From Paraspadella gotoi (lineage: Eukaryota; Animalia; Chaetognatha), in contig CM119270.1 of NCBI GenBank assembly GCA_051294375.1, forward strand, positions 16,690,824 through 16,754,823: a stretch of DNA of 64,000 nt. The letters are read 5' to 3'. Both the position numbers and the translations under genes were made by a program. The notes below the pieces were generated by a model. The model was not told the DNA's origin, made no database searches, and saw nothing but the letters and a program-made list of their open reading frames with translations. Position 1 is the first letter of the stretch. Each line of letters opens with the position of its first letter. Positions 50,782-62,512 of the stretch are shown one piece after another.

Positions 50782-52588
50782 TCAGCGGTACTCCTCGGTC
50801 CCGCTTCTCTTTCGTTTGACGGCGGCCGTCTTCCTCCCGAAGCAACCGATCGCCATTGCCATCAGGGACCCAATCAGCGTCACTCCCGCCAATTCAGCGA
50901 CCACGCCCATCGGCAGAAAGACTTGGCGTCGATTCTTNNNNNNNNNNCAGAAGGTCTCTTCCTTTGATGATTTCTTCGGTCAACAGGACGCGTCCGTCCN
51001 NNNNNNNNNTTATTCATTCAGTCCAAGAATGGTCAACGTACATCGCCTCTTGAATTGGAGATGGCTATCGCTATGAGAGGCCTCCTCATTTAACATAATA
51101 TTTAACTTAAAAAAAACAACTAACGGGCTTTCAATCGAGACTCGCTCACGGCCTAAAGCATTAAGTTCCATAGTATCTGACTTCCTTATCGTCGTATTAT
51201 CATTGTTTCTTTTTATACCGCTATTTTAATCCATGAAAATGACAAATTAATAGGCCAAACAAAAAACTATACATTATGGCAAAGGGGGTGCATGTGTGAT
51301 GCAATGGGTGTGAGGCATCTCCCGCCAGCGGACACTCATGGTTTTGGACCTGCAGGGAACACCCCATGTCACTAGCGTGTTTATGTCGACCGCATCACAC
51401 TTTAACCAGCGTGACCAACGAGTACTTATCTGTCCAGGCCAATGGGACGATCTGAGTNNNNNNNNNNNNNNNNNNNNNNNNNNNNNNNNNNNNNNNNNNN
51501 NNNNNNNNNNNNNNNNNNNNNNNNNNNNNNNNNNNNNNNNNNNNNNNNNNNNNNNNNNNNNNNNNNNNNNNNNNNNNNNNNNNNNNNNNNNNNNNNNNNN
51601 NNNNNNNNNNNNNNNNNNNNNNNNNNNNNNNNNNNNNNNNNNNNNNNNNNNNNNNNNNNNNNNNNNNNNNNNNNNNNNNNNNNGGCTCACGAACATGTTG
51701 TCGAAAAACGGATGCCAGGCGAACCTTTGGTCTGGAACTTCGAGAAAATCCTCCAGAGAATTGAGGGTTGGCTCCGTGAGGACAATGTTGGAAATGACGC
51801 CGGCGGAAAAAAGCGTCGCGAAGATGAAGACGAAAAATCTCCAAAGAAGTCCCAAAATCTTGAGGGCGAGCGAATCCGGACGATCCTCTTCGGGGAATAA
51901 TAGACAGAGACGGTAGAGGGTCATGCACCAGGAGTTGAAGACCTTGCCAGTGGGCGTGGCTCGTCGATCCATACGTCGAAGAATCGTCGCCAAGAAAGAG
52001 ACGACGAGTGAAGTGACGAGAAGCGTCAGCCACGCCTCCCACGAGAGGGTCTTGAGGAAGACGGCCGCCAATCCGCTGAAGGCTTCGGAATTGCGATGGC
52101 TTAGGACGACCAAATTGGACAAAGACGTCAACTTTGTCCATCGTAGGGAGTTACGCATTCCTTGTATCATCGGAAACTCGTTGAGGGTCATGTCGAAGGT
52201 TCCGGCGACGACTTCCAATATCATCCCGGTCGATGCTCCTGGTTCGTCGCCCCATGGACCCGCGTAGTGGTGAACCTGTGAATGAAATTGAGAAGAACAG
52301 TCTTTGTCACTTTAATCTCTCTTGATAATTTCACATTTGAAGAGAAAATGTTGACAAATTGCGCTATCGACGGACCGTATGTTTGACGGGACACTTGGCG
52401 AAGAACTCCTTCAAGAGGTTCTCATAGTGACGATTAAATGAAACGAGCTGGATGGTGTCGACGGTCTGATTGGGAAGGATGTCGCCGGCTTGGATCTCCT
52501 CAGACCAAGGTTTGAAGACGAGGCGAAGGGTTCGGTTGGAACGACAGAATTCCCCGTCCAGAAGTTGACCGAAGGTTGGAGGTTCCAT
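50782..52588 (-). CDS. Divergent ionotropic receptor (IR, iGluR superfamily), 3 visible exons, with gaps
   Basis: Exon 52588-52376: NRTLRLVFKPW..ENLLKEF. 100-nt intron. Exon from 52275: PWGDEPGASTGMILEVVAGTFDMTL (S1), LSWEAWLTLLV (M1), PDSLALKILGLLWRFFVFIFATLFSAGVISNI (M3), LNSLEDF (S2). Last exon to the TGA at 50782: LPMGVVAELAGVTLIGSLMAMAIGCFGRK (M4). Confidence 0.85.
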
Positions 52589-55500
52589 TTCGGCTCAAGT
52601 CGTGGAAGTGATTTGCAATTCAGTAAAAGTTTATACTTTGTTTTTGCCTGATTTTTTAGNNNNNNNNNNNNNNNNNNNNNNNNNNNNNNNNNNNNNNNNN
52701 NNNNNNNNNNNNNNNNNNNNNNNNNNNNNNNNNNNNNNNNNNNNNNNNNNNNNNNNNNNNNNNNNNNNNNNNNNNNNNNNNNNNNNNNNNNNNNNNNNNN
52801 NNNNNNNNNNNNNNNNNNNNNNNNNNNNNNNNNNNNNNNNNNNNNNNNNNNNNNNNNNNNNNNNNNNNNNNNNNNNNNNNNNNNNNNNNNNNNNNNNNNN
52901 NNNNNNNNNNNNNNNNNNNNNNNNNNNNNNNNNNNNNNNNNNNNNNNNNNNNNNNNNNNNNNNNNNNNNNNNNNNNNNNNNNNNNNNNNNNNNNNNNNNN
53001 NNNNNNNNNNNNNNNNNNNNNNNNNNNNNNNNNNNNNNNNNNNNNNNNNNNNNNNNNNNNNNNNNNNNNNNNNNNNNNNNNNNNNNNNNNNNNNNNNNNN
53101 NNNNNNNNNNNNNNNNNNNNNNNNNNNNNNNNNNNNNNNNNNNNNNNNNNNNNNNNNNNNNNNNNNNNNNNNNNNNNNNNNNNNNNNTGCACCGTAGCAC
53201 CGCTTGAAGTAACCGGCGTCCACACGGCGGAGTCGAGGGTTCTCGACCAGGAGAGATAAATATTAATTAATGATCAATATTTTATTTATTGTTAATCAAT
53301 GAGTAGATTACTAGTACCCCCGACAAGAGTCGTTTTCTTATCGATATTCTGTTTCCAAAAGTATTTGTTGGCGGTTATTCTATAATTAAACGTCAATGAA
53401 ATCCCCTCAGCCCTTCGACTTGAGCTACGAAAAATATTTTTTTAATTAATTATTTTTGAATAATTTAAGAATTAATTAGGTTGTATTCCAAACATTCAGC
53501 GAAGATAAAAGATAAAATATCTGACTAAATTTTGACTTTTTGTTGACTCGAAAGCTACATTTTGTCAGCCTTTCGTCGACNNNNNNNNNNNNNNNNNNNN
53601 NNNNNNNNNNNNNNNNNNNNNNNNNNNNNNNNNNNNNNNNNNNNNNNNNNNNNNNNNNNNNNNNNNNNNNNNNNNNNNNNNNNNNNNNNNNNNNNNNNNN
53701 NNNNNNNNNNNNNNNNNNNNNNNNNNNNNNNNNNNNNNNNNNNNNNNNNNNNNNNNNNNNNNNNNNNNNNNNNNNNNNNNNNNNNNNNNNNNNNNNNNNN
53801 NNNNNNNNNNNNNNNNNNNNNNNNAAACTGGCGCTGCTGTGGAAGAATGCGCGCTTAGTGGAGTGGAGGCCACGTGGAAGCGGCTCCATGACAGTGTAAG
53901 CCTCTTTTATTTTGCGGATGCAGATTTTTTGGCATCAGCTGTGCATTTGACCCACGAAGACAACGACAAACACCACGACAAAGACAACTTCGAAGACAAC
54001 GACATTGACGACAAAGACAACAGCGATGACAACGATAAAAAAAACAACGAACTTGACGACAAAGACGACGATGCATATGAATACAAAGACGACGACAAAA
54101 TGCAATGACAAAAATGATGACATCAAAGACAGTAACAATACTGATAACGTGAACAACGACAAAGACAACAACGATACTGATGACGAATTTTAGGATGAAG
54201 AATCTCTTTGCCAGCCTCGTTTTCATNNNNNNNNNNTTTTTTTAGCTCTCGTCTCTTTTCGCTTCAAGCGGCCTCTTTGCCTCTTGGTCGTTGTTGTTGT
54301 TGTTGGTGTCGTTGTTGCTCTTGTTAAAACGAATCGAGTAGTTTGTTGGTTAATAATGGAATTCTTCCTTTCTTTATGCATTTATTTAATGAGATCGCAG
54401 TAAATGAAAACAATAATAAATTTCTGGAACCGAACGTAGAATCTTTCTCGTTGCTTCATCATTGGTCGCTGTTGTTGTTGTTGTCGTTGTCGTTTCAGTT
54501 CTCGTTCCATCTTTTACTCCTTTGGTCGATACATTTTCTTTTCTCTAGAGACTTCGACTTATCCGTCCCTTGTCGTCGTCGTCGTCGTCGTTGTTGTTGT
54601 CGGAGTAACGTTGACCCCAAGTTTTATGACTCGACTGCCGCCATTTTAGGAGAGGGAACAAGTTGGAACGAGAAAAGAAATCGGGTGAACCTTGAGCAAA
54701 AATTATTTGATATAGTCCTAGAAAAAGTTTGAAAATTTGTTTCAACAACGATTTATTTTTGATAAACGTACATATTAACTTATATTGTCGATGCCTCGCT
54801 ATATTTACTTTCCTTTCAAACTTGATATGAATTCATTTTCTTATCAGAAATTATTGCTATTTTTTACACTTTGCTTATTCCCATTAGAATAGAACCAATG
54901 CTTTTTTTTTTTGCTTTTTCTGCTTCGTTTCTTCTCATCATTTCTCTACAATTTTTGTTTCAAGCAAAGTCAGCAACTTTTTTTTTCTTTTCGCAGTCTT
55001 GAGCAGCTTGGAGGAATTTCTGATGATGGAGATGATCAGCAGAGCTGAGATGCAGATGGGAGGTGTAGATGGGAGGTGTAGATGGGAGGTGCAGATGGAT
55101 GTTAAATACAAGATATGGAAGTAGATGGAGATGAAAATCGTAATTTGTTTATCAAATTGGTAAAGCCAATATAACAATTATCTATTATTACAATGATTAA
55201 GCTATATTGCTCGTGACTTTGGACAGGCAACAGTAAATTAAGCCCTCCAATAGATGAACACTTCAAGCTCTTAATCAAAACTCTATCACAGTCTAGAGTA
55301 TTAACTCCAAGAGAGCATGAATTATATAATTTATTAAAAAAACACGAATCTTGAAAAAGTCTTAAAAATTACATGTTGAGATTTAACACATAGCGAGATA
55401 ATGGAAAAACCTAAATAAAGAGTATTAGGTAATAGATAAACAGAATGTCACAAAATTTAAAGTTACTCATTATTAAAGGGGTAAAAAATTTAAAAAAAAA

Positions 55501-58397
55501 TTATATATGTATGTATATTATTGTATAAATGTATTTTATGTATATAAATTGTAACGAACGTCGTTCCGTTTAGACAAGGACGGAGAAGAATTAAGTTGAG
55601 TAGCGAAACCGAAATAATTGTTCGATACAAGGTTGTATTTTCTTGATCGTCGTTGTCAATGTCTTCTGGAATCTATCTTCTTCTTCCTCCTCCTCCTCCT
55701 CCTCCTCCCCATCATCATCATCACCATCATCGTTCACACTCACGACTCACAACGTGAGTGACTCGAGAAGCGAAAAGGTCAAAAAACTCCTGGATGTGTT
55801 TTCTTCTCTTTTTCTTTTCCTTTTTTTTAAACTTTTCTTTTTCTCTCCCGCGTTCCCTTTGAGTTCCTCTCTTGAATGTCTTCAAAGAAAATAGACGAAG
55901 CGAAAAAGAGAGCTAGAGAGCGAGAGAGCGAGAGAGCGAGAGAGCGAGATGACCGAGAGAGGTCGAGGAATCTAATGGGAGAAAATGGGGGAAAGATGGA
56001 AGGAAATGAAAAAAACGAATGAATGAATGAATGAATGAATGAATGAATGAANNNNNNNNNNNNNNNNNNNNNNNNNNNNNNNNNNNNNNNNNNNNNNNNN
56101 NNNNNNNNNNNNNNNNNNNNNNNNNNNNNNNNNNNNNNNNNNNNNNNNNNNNNNNNNNNNNNNNNNNNNNNNNNNNNNNNNNNNNNNNNNNNNNNNNNNN
56201 NNNNNNNNNNNNNNNNNNNNNNNNNNNNNNNNNNNNNNNNNNNNNNNNNNNNNNNNNNNNNNNNNNNNNNNNNNNNNNNNNNNNNNNNNNNNNNNNNNNN
56301 NNNNNNNAAGAAAGAAAGAAAGAAAGAAAGAAAGGAAAAGGAAAAGGTTATAAACTAGCAAACGACAAGATATTTAATGAATGTCACTAAAAAGATGTAA
56401 ATATTTATTGAGTGGATTGAATTAGGACTTAATACTATTTGTATTGATACGTTAGATGATTAAAAAAGAGATATAAACAGAAATCTCTCTGGAAATATGA
56501 TTTAAATCGTAAAAAAGAAAGTGAATGGAGGTTGGGTGAGTGAGGTGGAGAGAANNNNNNNNNNNNNNNNNNNNNNNNNNNNNNNNNNNNNNNNNNNNNN
56601 NNNNNNNNNNNNNNNNNNNNNNNNNNNNNNNNNNNNNNNNNNNNNNNNNNNNNNNNNNNNNNNNNNNNNNNNNNNNNNNNNNNNNNNNNNNNNNNNNNNN
56701 NNNNNNNNNNNNNNNNNNNNNNNNNNNNNNNNNNNNNNNNNNNNNNNNNNNNNNNNNNNNNNNNNNNNNNNNNNNNNNNNNNNNNNNNNNNNNNNNNNNN
56801 NNNNNNNNNNNNNNNNNNNNNNNNNNNNNNNNNNNNNNNNNNNNNNNNNNNNNNNNNNNNNNNNNNNNNNNNNNNNTCGCTGTCTTTAATTGTTGCTTGA
56901 TGAATGATCAAGTAATAAGACAATATATTAATTTTCTCCTTCATTGAATTCCAACCTCCTCGTTTCTCTCTCCTCTCTCTTTCTTTATCCACTCCTTCCT
57001 TTATTTCCTCCCTATCCCTCCTCTTTTCTCTCCCTCCTTTCTTACCCTTCCTCTCTATCCTCTCTAATTTCCTCCGCTTTCCTCTCATTCCTCCCTTTGC
57101 TCTCCACTCTCCTCCCTTTCCTTCCTCTTCATCCTTTTCCTTTCTAATCTTCTCTTCTTTCCTCCCATTCCTCCCCTTCCTTCTAACTTTCCCCCTCTTT
57201 CCTCTCCTTTCCTTCCTTCCTCCCCACTTCCTTCTTCTTTCCTTTCCTTTCCTTCCTTCCTCTCTTCCCTCTTTCCTCCTCTTTCCTCCCATTTCTTGTT
57301 TCTCCCTTTCCGTCTCGCTTTCCTCCTTTTTCCTCTCCTTTCCTTCCTTCTCCATTTTCTTCCTACTTTCCTCTTCTTTCCTCTCCTTTCCTGTCTTCCT
57401 TCTTTCTCACTTTCTTCTTCTTTTCTCTCCTTTCCTTCCTTCCTCCCTTCTCACTTTCTTCCTCTTTCCTCTCCTTTCCTTCCCTTCTTCCCCTTCCCNN
57501 NNNNNNNNNNNNNNNNNNNNNNNNNNNNNNNNNNNNNNNNNNNNNNNNNNNNNNNNNNNNNNNNNNNNNNNNNNNNNNNNNNNNNNNNNNNNNNNNNNNN
57601 NNNNNNNNNNNNNNNNNNNNNNNNNNNNNNNNNNNNNNNNNNNNNNNNNNNNNNNNNNNNNNNNNNNNNNNNNNNNNNNNNNNNNNNNNNNNNNGAAGCA
57701 AGAGGCGGTTGTAACGTCATTTTCACACTTTGCATTTTTCTTCTCCTTCCTCTTTTCGAATCTTTTGTGAAAAGTTTTTTTTTTCTCTCTCTCTTTATGA
57801 TGCAGCTCAGCGTTTTCGTAAATTTGTTTTTTCTCCGTCGGTCAGTCGGTTGAGCAATCGGTTGTTTTTTTTTGTTTTTTTTTTACGAATATATGATTAA
57901 GAGCGTTATTAATACGGGTAATGTGCGAAATAGCTTCCACGATTAATGAATGGACATAACAATAAAACTGCCAGCGCTTTTATTAAAAAAAAGTGCATAA
58001 ACATTCTTTAACTTTACGTACATATATTTTTAAAAACTCGTCTCCGCATCTTTCTCGTCTCCACGATTTCTGTTTTATTTAGTTTTCTCTTTTTATTTTC
58101 TACTCAAATCTGTTTAGTTATCTGCATAAAAACCAGAATTTTATTTCTTTTTTTTTTTTCTCTTTTTNNNNNNNNNNNNNNNNNNNNNNNNNGAAAAGGT
58201 AGTTTGGAAACAAAGAAAGGAGTCCATATACTCAGCTATCCCGGACGCAGGCGTCCACTGCGCGAGCAGCGCGCGCCGGCGTCCGACCGACTCACTTCTC
58301 CTTCCGGGCCTTTCTTCCGCTCGCCGATCGGGGAGATTTTTCTCTCTCGATCGTGTAGTCGGGCTTCTTCCGTCGAGTCCGAGCGATCGGGGCCGGA

Positions 58398-58433
<36 letters not shown>

Positions 58434-58832
58434 ACTCTCTCTTGCTCTCTCTTTGCTGTCTATTTCTATCTTTAGCAATTATTTAGCAATTACTTATCAG
58501 TTATTTTTTTCAAACCTATTATCTTTAAAATGAAAAATACAATTTTTTTTTATTTAAGCAATATTTACAGCGTGCAAGCTCGATTTTTTATTCTTACTTG
58601 ATTTAAAATTGTTGCTACTATTTACTCTTCATACGTTCCTCGCGTTAACAAAAATTGCAAATTATATATATATCTTATTTGCGTTCATTTTTATCTTTAT
58701 CATATTTTCAATTCAGTTTTTCAGCCATATTTAATCATTATTGGTTTAGATTATATCTTTTTTCAGCTAATATTATTATTTTCTAGCTCTGTGATTAAAC
58801 TTTCTTTCTGTTGCTGTTTTTAGGTAATGAAC

Positions 58833-59014
58833 AATGAAGACAAAGTCTTGTTACAGCATACGATTTTATTTTAACTGTCAGAACCAAGTTTCGGCTCATT
58901 CAAGCCTTCATCAGTGCTTTTTAAAAGCACTGATGAAGGCTTGGAATGAAAGCCGAAACTTGTCTGTAGCATTAAAATAAAATCGTGTGCTGTAAAAAAG
59001 ACTTGTCTTCCATT
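58833..59014. ncRNA. Palindromic pair of minimal hammerhead ribozyme motifs (Penelope-like inverted pLTR)
   Basis: Plus strand: gca CUGAUGA a GGCUU-ggaauga-AAGCC GAAAC uu GUC ugu ... AATAAA (58927-58982); mirror copy on the minus strand at 58863-58917; ~90 bp arms. Confidence 0.75.
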
Positions 59015-60773
59015 TTTCAATTATTTTTAGCTCAAATTTTTTAAAATTTAAAAAAGGAACAAATATAGCAAATTTTCACTCGTTATTTAATTTTTCTGTT
59101 AAATATCTCCTCATAATTTCTTCCCCCGGTTTCTCTATACTTTCCTTTATTTATTTTTTGTTCATTGGTTTATTTTTGTTTTCAATTTATGTAATAAAAA
59201 AAAATTTTTTTCATTTTCTTTTTCTTGCTTCTTTCTTTCTTTTTTTCTTCTTCTTTTTTCAAAAAAGACTCCCGGATCCGCGCGAACCCATAATCGATCC
59301 CGCGCTCGGAGGCAGCAGAGAAGAGCACGGTGACCGCGTGACGGAGGGTAAGAGAGAGAGAAAAGCAGGTAAGTTCGCCGCTGCCAGGCTCGATCGGCAT
59401 CGACCTTTGCATGCGTCGCCGGTATCCGGTAGATCAAGGAGAAGGCAAGAGGAAGAGGAGTAATGCAAGATGCGAGCGCAAGTTAAGTCGAAGGCAGCGG
59501 AGCAGCCGCCTCTGCCGCGCCGCGCCGGCTGCCTCCCGGAGCTGCCGCTGATACGCGAGGCTTCTGAGTTATAGTCCATGAAGGAAGAAAAAGAGAGCAG
59601 AGAGGGGGAGACAGAGAGAGACGAGAGAGAGAAGCAGTCTGAGGAGCATGACGAGTGAGAGTAGAGAGCAGAGATTGAGAGAGAGAGAGATGGACGAGAC
59701 ATGGCTTATACTCAGAAGCTTCGACAACAGCGCAGCCTCCGGGGGCAGCCGCGCGGCCTGCCGATCGCGCTTCTCCCTGCCTTCGACTTTTTGCGCTCGA
59801 GCTATTCTTACTCCTCTTCCTTCTTCCTTTCTCCTTTATTCTCCGCCGATCCGCGCCGGCTGCCAAAGGTCGCACTCCGACTCGTAGCTGGGCCAGGCGG
59901 CGGACTTACTCTCTTTCTCTCTCTCTTCACCCTCCGTCACCGCCGCAGCTCTTCCTCTCTCCTCTCGAGCGGCATCGATCATAGGTTCGCGCGGATCGTG
60001 AGTCTACTTTTAAAGATGATAAGGCCTTTTTGAAAAGTATTACATTATTGTAGGGTCATTTCACGATGTTCAAAAAAAAGAAAGAAAAAAAAGGAAGATC
60101 AGAAAGAACGAGAAAGAGAAAAGATAAGAAAAAGAAGGGAAAAAAAATAAAAAATTTAGTCAACAAATTTTTTAATATAACGATTTTGAGCTTAATAATA
60201 ATATAATATTAATAAAAAAGATATACATCTAAACAATAATGACTTAAATATGCCTTGAAAACAAATTGAAAATATGCCATATAAGATAAAAATTGATCGC
60301 AAAATGAGATGATTATTATATTATTTGCATTTTTGTTACGCAACGTATGAAGAGTAAAGAGTTAGTAAAATTTTAGAATTCAAGTAGAATAAAAATTCCG
60401 AGCATCCAGCTGTGAATATTTTTTTAAATAATTTTTTTTTATTTTTCAATTTTCGCATAGCCCCCATATTTAAAACATTGTAAATGTCAAAAATTTCTTA
60501 AAAAAATATTCTCTTTTCTTACTTTTAAAAGCAGATTTAAATTTCTCCTAATTACATTTAAATTTAACTTCGATTGACTACAGTATCAAATTTTTCCCAA
60601 AAAAAAATCTAGCCACAGCTTTTTTTTAAGCGATTGTCTTTTTGTCTCAGAATAGCTCCCCTTAGAATTGCCGACTGTTTGATCGAGGCTCGCCTTAGCG
60701 CTTATACCAGGGAGTGTAGCAAAGTTGAAACAAAAAGCCCGCTGCAAAACATTTTGTCTGGAATCCTAAGTTA

Positions 60774-60775
<2 letters not shown>

Positions 60776-60810
<35 letters not shown>
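60776..60810 (+). repeat. (CTA)n microsatellite
   Basis: Direct observation. Confidence 0.95.
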
Positions 60811-60812
<2 letters not shown>

Positions 60813-61927
60813 CTACTTTATTACATTAATTCAAACCATTTATATCTACTAGTTTAATAAACTACAGTTCTATAATTTTTCTTGTTTTGTAATTTCCTGT
60901 AATTAAGGTGAGATATCTCTGAGTACCTTTACCATAGAGACTTAAATTGTGGCTTCATTTTGTAACCCGACATGCTGCATATCTATGACATCATTTTACT
61001 CAATTCGAAATGTCTTTCAGTCATTTATCTTCTCGGCCCAATTGAGGTCTTTGAATTCTTCTGAGCATTCAACTTATGCATTTCTTTACCTTTTACATTA
61101 TTTCACAAATTCACAATCATATTTTAAAACTTAGGTAATTTTAAAAAAAAAAACACAGTATGCAAATTTTAGCCTCATTGTTCAGCTCTACAAAGTGGTA
61201 TAGACTTCATATTTTTTAATTCCTAGTTACTTTTTAACTTCTGAAATTAATAAAAAGCTTCTTTTAACAAATGTCAAGAAATTTTGTTTTTTTTGAAAAC
61301 ATTTTTTTTAATTAGAATATATTGTTGTATTGGATTCAGCTTGGAATTTATTTGTTTTTCTCCTGTTTGTTTTCACTGGTGATTATTTCCAAGAAGCCTT
61401 ATTTTTTACTCCAAATTCATTTATTATTTTTCGGCCTATAGAGATAAAAAAAATTCCTGTTAAAATACCTTGAATACTGCTAATCCTTAAAAGAGATTGT
61501 CGCTTTACTTAAAGTAGTTATGGCTTCTTCAAATTAGTTATTTAAAAAATAAAATATTTCAAGTTTAAATCATAAGTAAATTTGATGAGAAATTAAGAGA
61601 GAGGAATGACAAAATAAACATTAAAAGAATAAAAAAAGATAGAAAGAGAAGGAGAGACGGCAAAGAGCCAGAGAGAGTGATCGAAGAGAGATAGATTGAA
61701 GATGAGCAGAGAGAGAGAGACGAGAGAGAACAGAGAGAGATATCCGGCCCCGATCGCTCGGACTTCAACCGGAAGAAGCCCGCGAGAGAGAGAAAATCTC
61801 CCCGATCCGAGCGCGCAAGAAGCCCCGCGAAGGAGAAGTGAGTCGATCGCAGGCCGCGCGCCGCCGCCTCCGGTCTACGGCGCTGCGTTCGGCCGAGAGC
61901 TTGAGTTATATGACTCGAGAGCAGCAT

Positions 61928-61968
<41 letters not shown>

Positions 61969-62424
61969 GAATCGAGGAAATTTTCCAAAGTAAATCGCGC
62001 GAAAAATTCGGAAAAAGTTTTCGGCGCCGAATTTTTTTTTCTTCGGTCGTCGTCGACGGGCGGCACCGTCGCCGTCCGAAGGCGGCGCTCCGTGGATGAC
62101 GCCGGTTTAAAGAGAAAAAGACGCCGACCGTTCGCCGACTACGCCACTACGCAGGCGAAGAGCTTCAAGCGAACCGGAGATTATGACGCCGCTCTCTTGT
62201 ATTTCCGTAAGCGGCGTCGCTCGAAGCGAAAGCGGCGCCTGCAGAGAACACCGCCTGAGGAAAGCGCCGCCAAGAGAAAGGCGCCGGGAAAAACTTTGCC
62301 GATTTTCCCGCCGAGAAAATTCGGCGAAGTAGAAATTTTTTTTCCTTTTTTTTCTTTTTTTGGGTAAAAAGTTTCGAAGATTTTTTGTTCGTCGCCGTCC
62401 ATTCGTGATTCCAGGAAGAACGTG

Positions 62425-62508
<84 letters not shown>
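62425..62508 (+). repeat. (GA)n microsatellite
   Basis: Direct observation; similar tracts at 19327-19425, 33030-33130, 40670-40780 and 61930-61965. Confidence 0.95.

Positions 62509-62512
<4 letters not shown>

Larger units (their letters stand above)
31380..58167. repeat. ~27 kb palindrome: arms 31380-44040 and 46614-58167, ~2.5 kb spacer
   Basis: Colinear reverse-complement matches: 31380-31850/57694-58167, 33150-35380/54237-56550, 35630-36530/53188-54226, 37140-40205/49910-52659, 40850-42860/47553-49196, 43830-44040/46614-46798. Confidence 0.92.
58240..61930. repeat. ~3.7 kb imperfect fold-back centred near 59640
   Basis: 59260-59580 = revcomp 59700-60010; 58560-58790 = revcomp 60185-60420; 58260-58440 = revcomp 61700-61870. 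Confidence 0.8.

Noticed and set aside
53839-54226. Asp/Asn/Lys-rich ORF
   Set aside because: Degenerate (GAC/AAC)n repeat open in several frames, with no splice or homology support.
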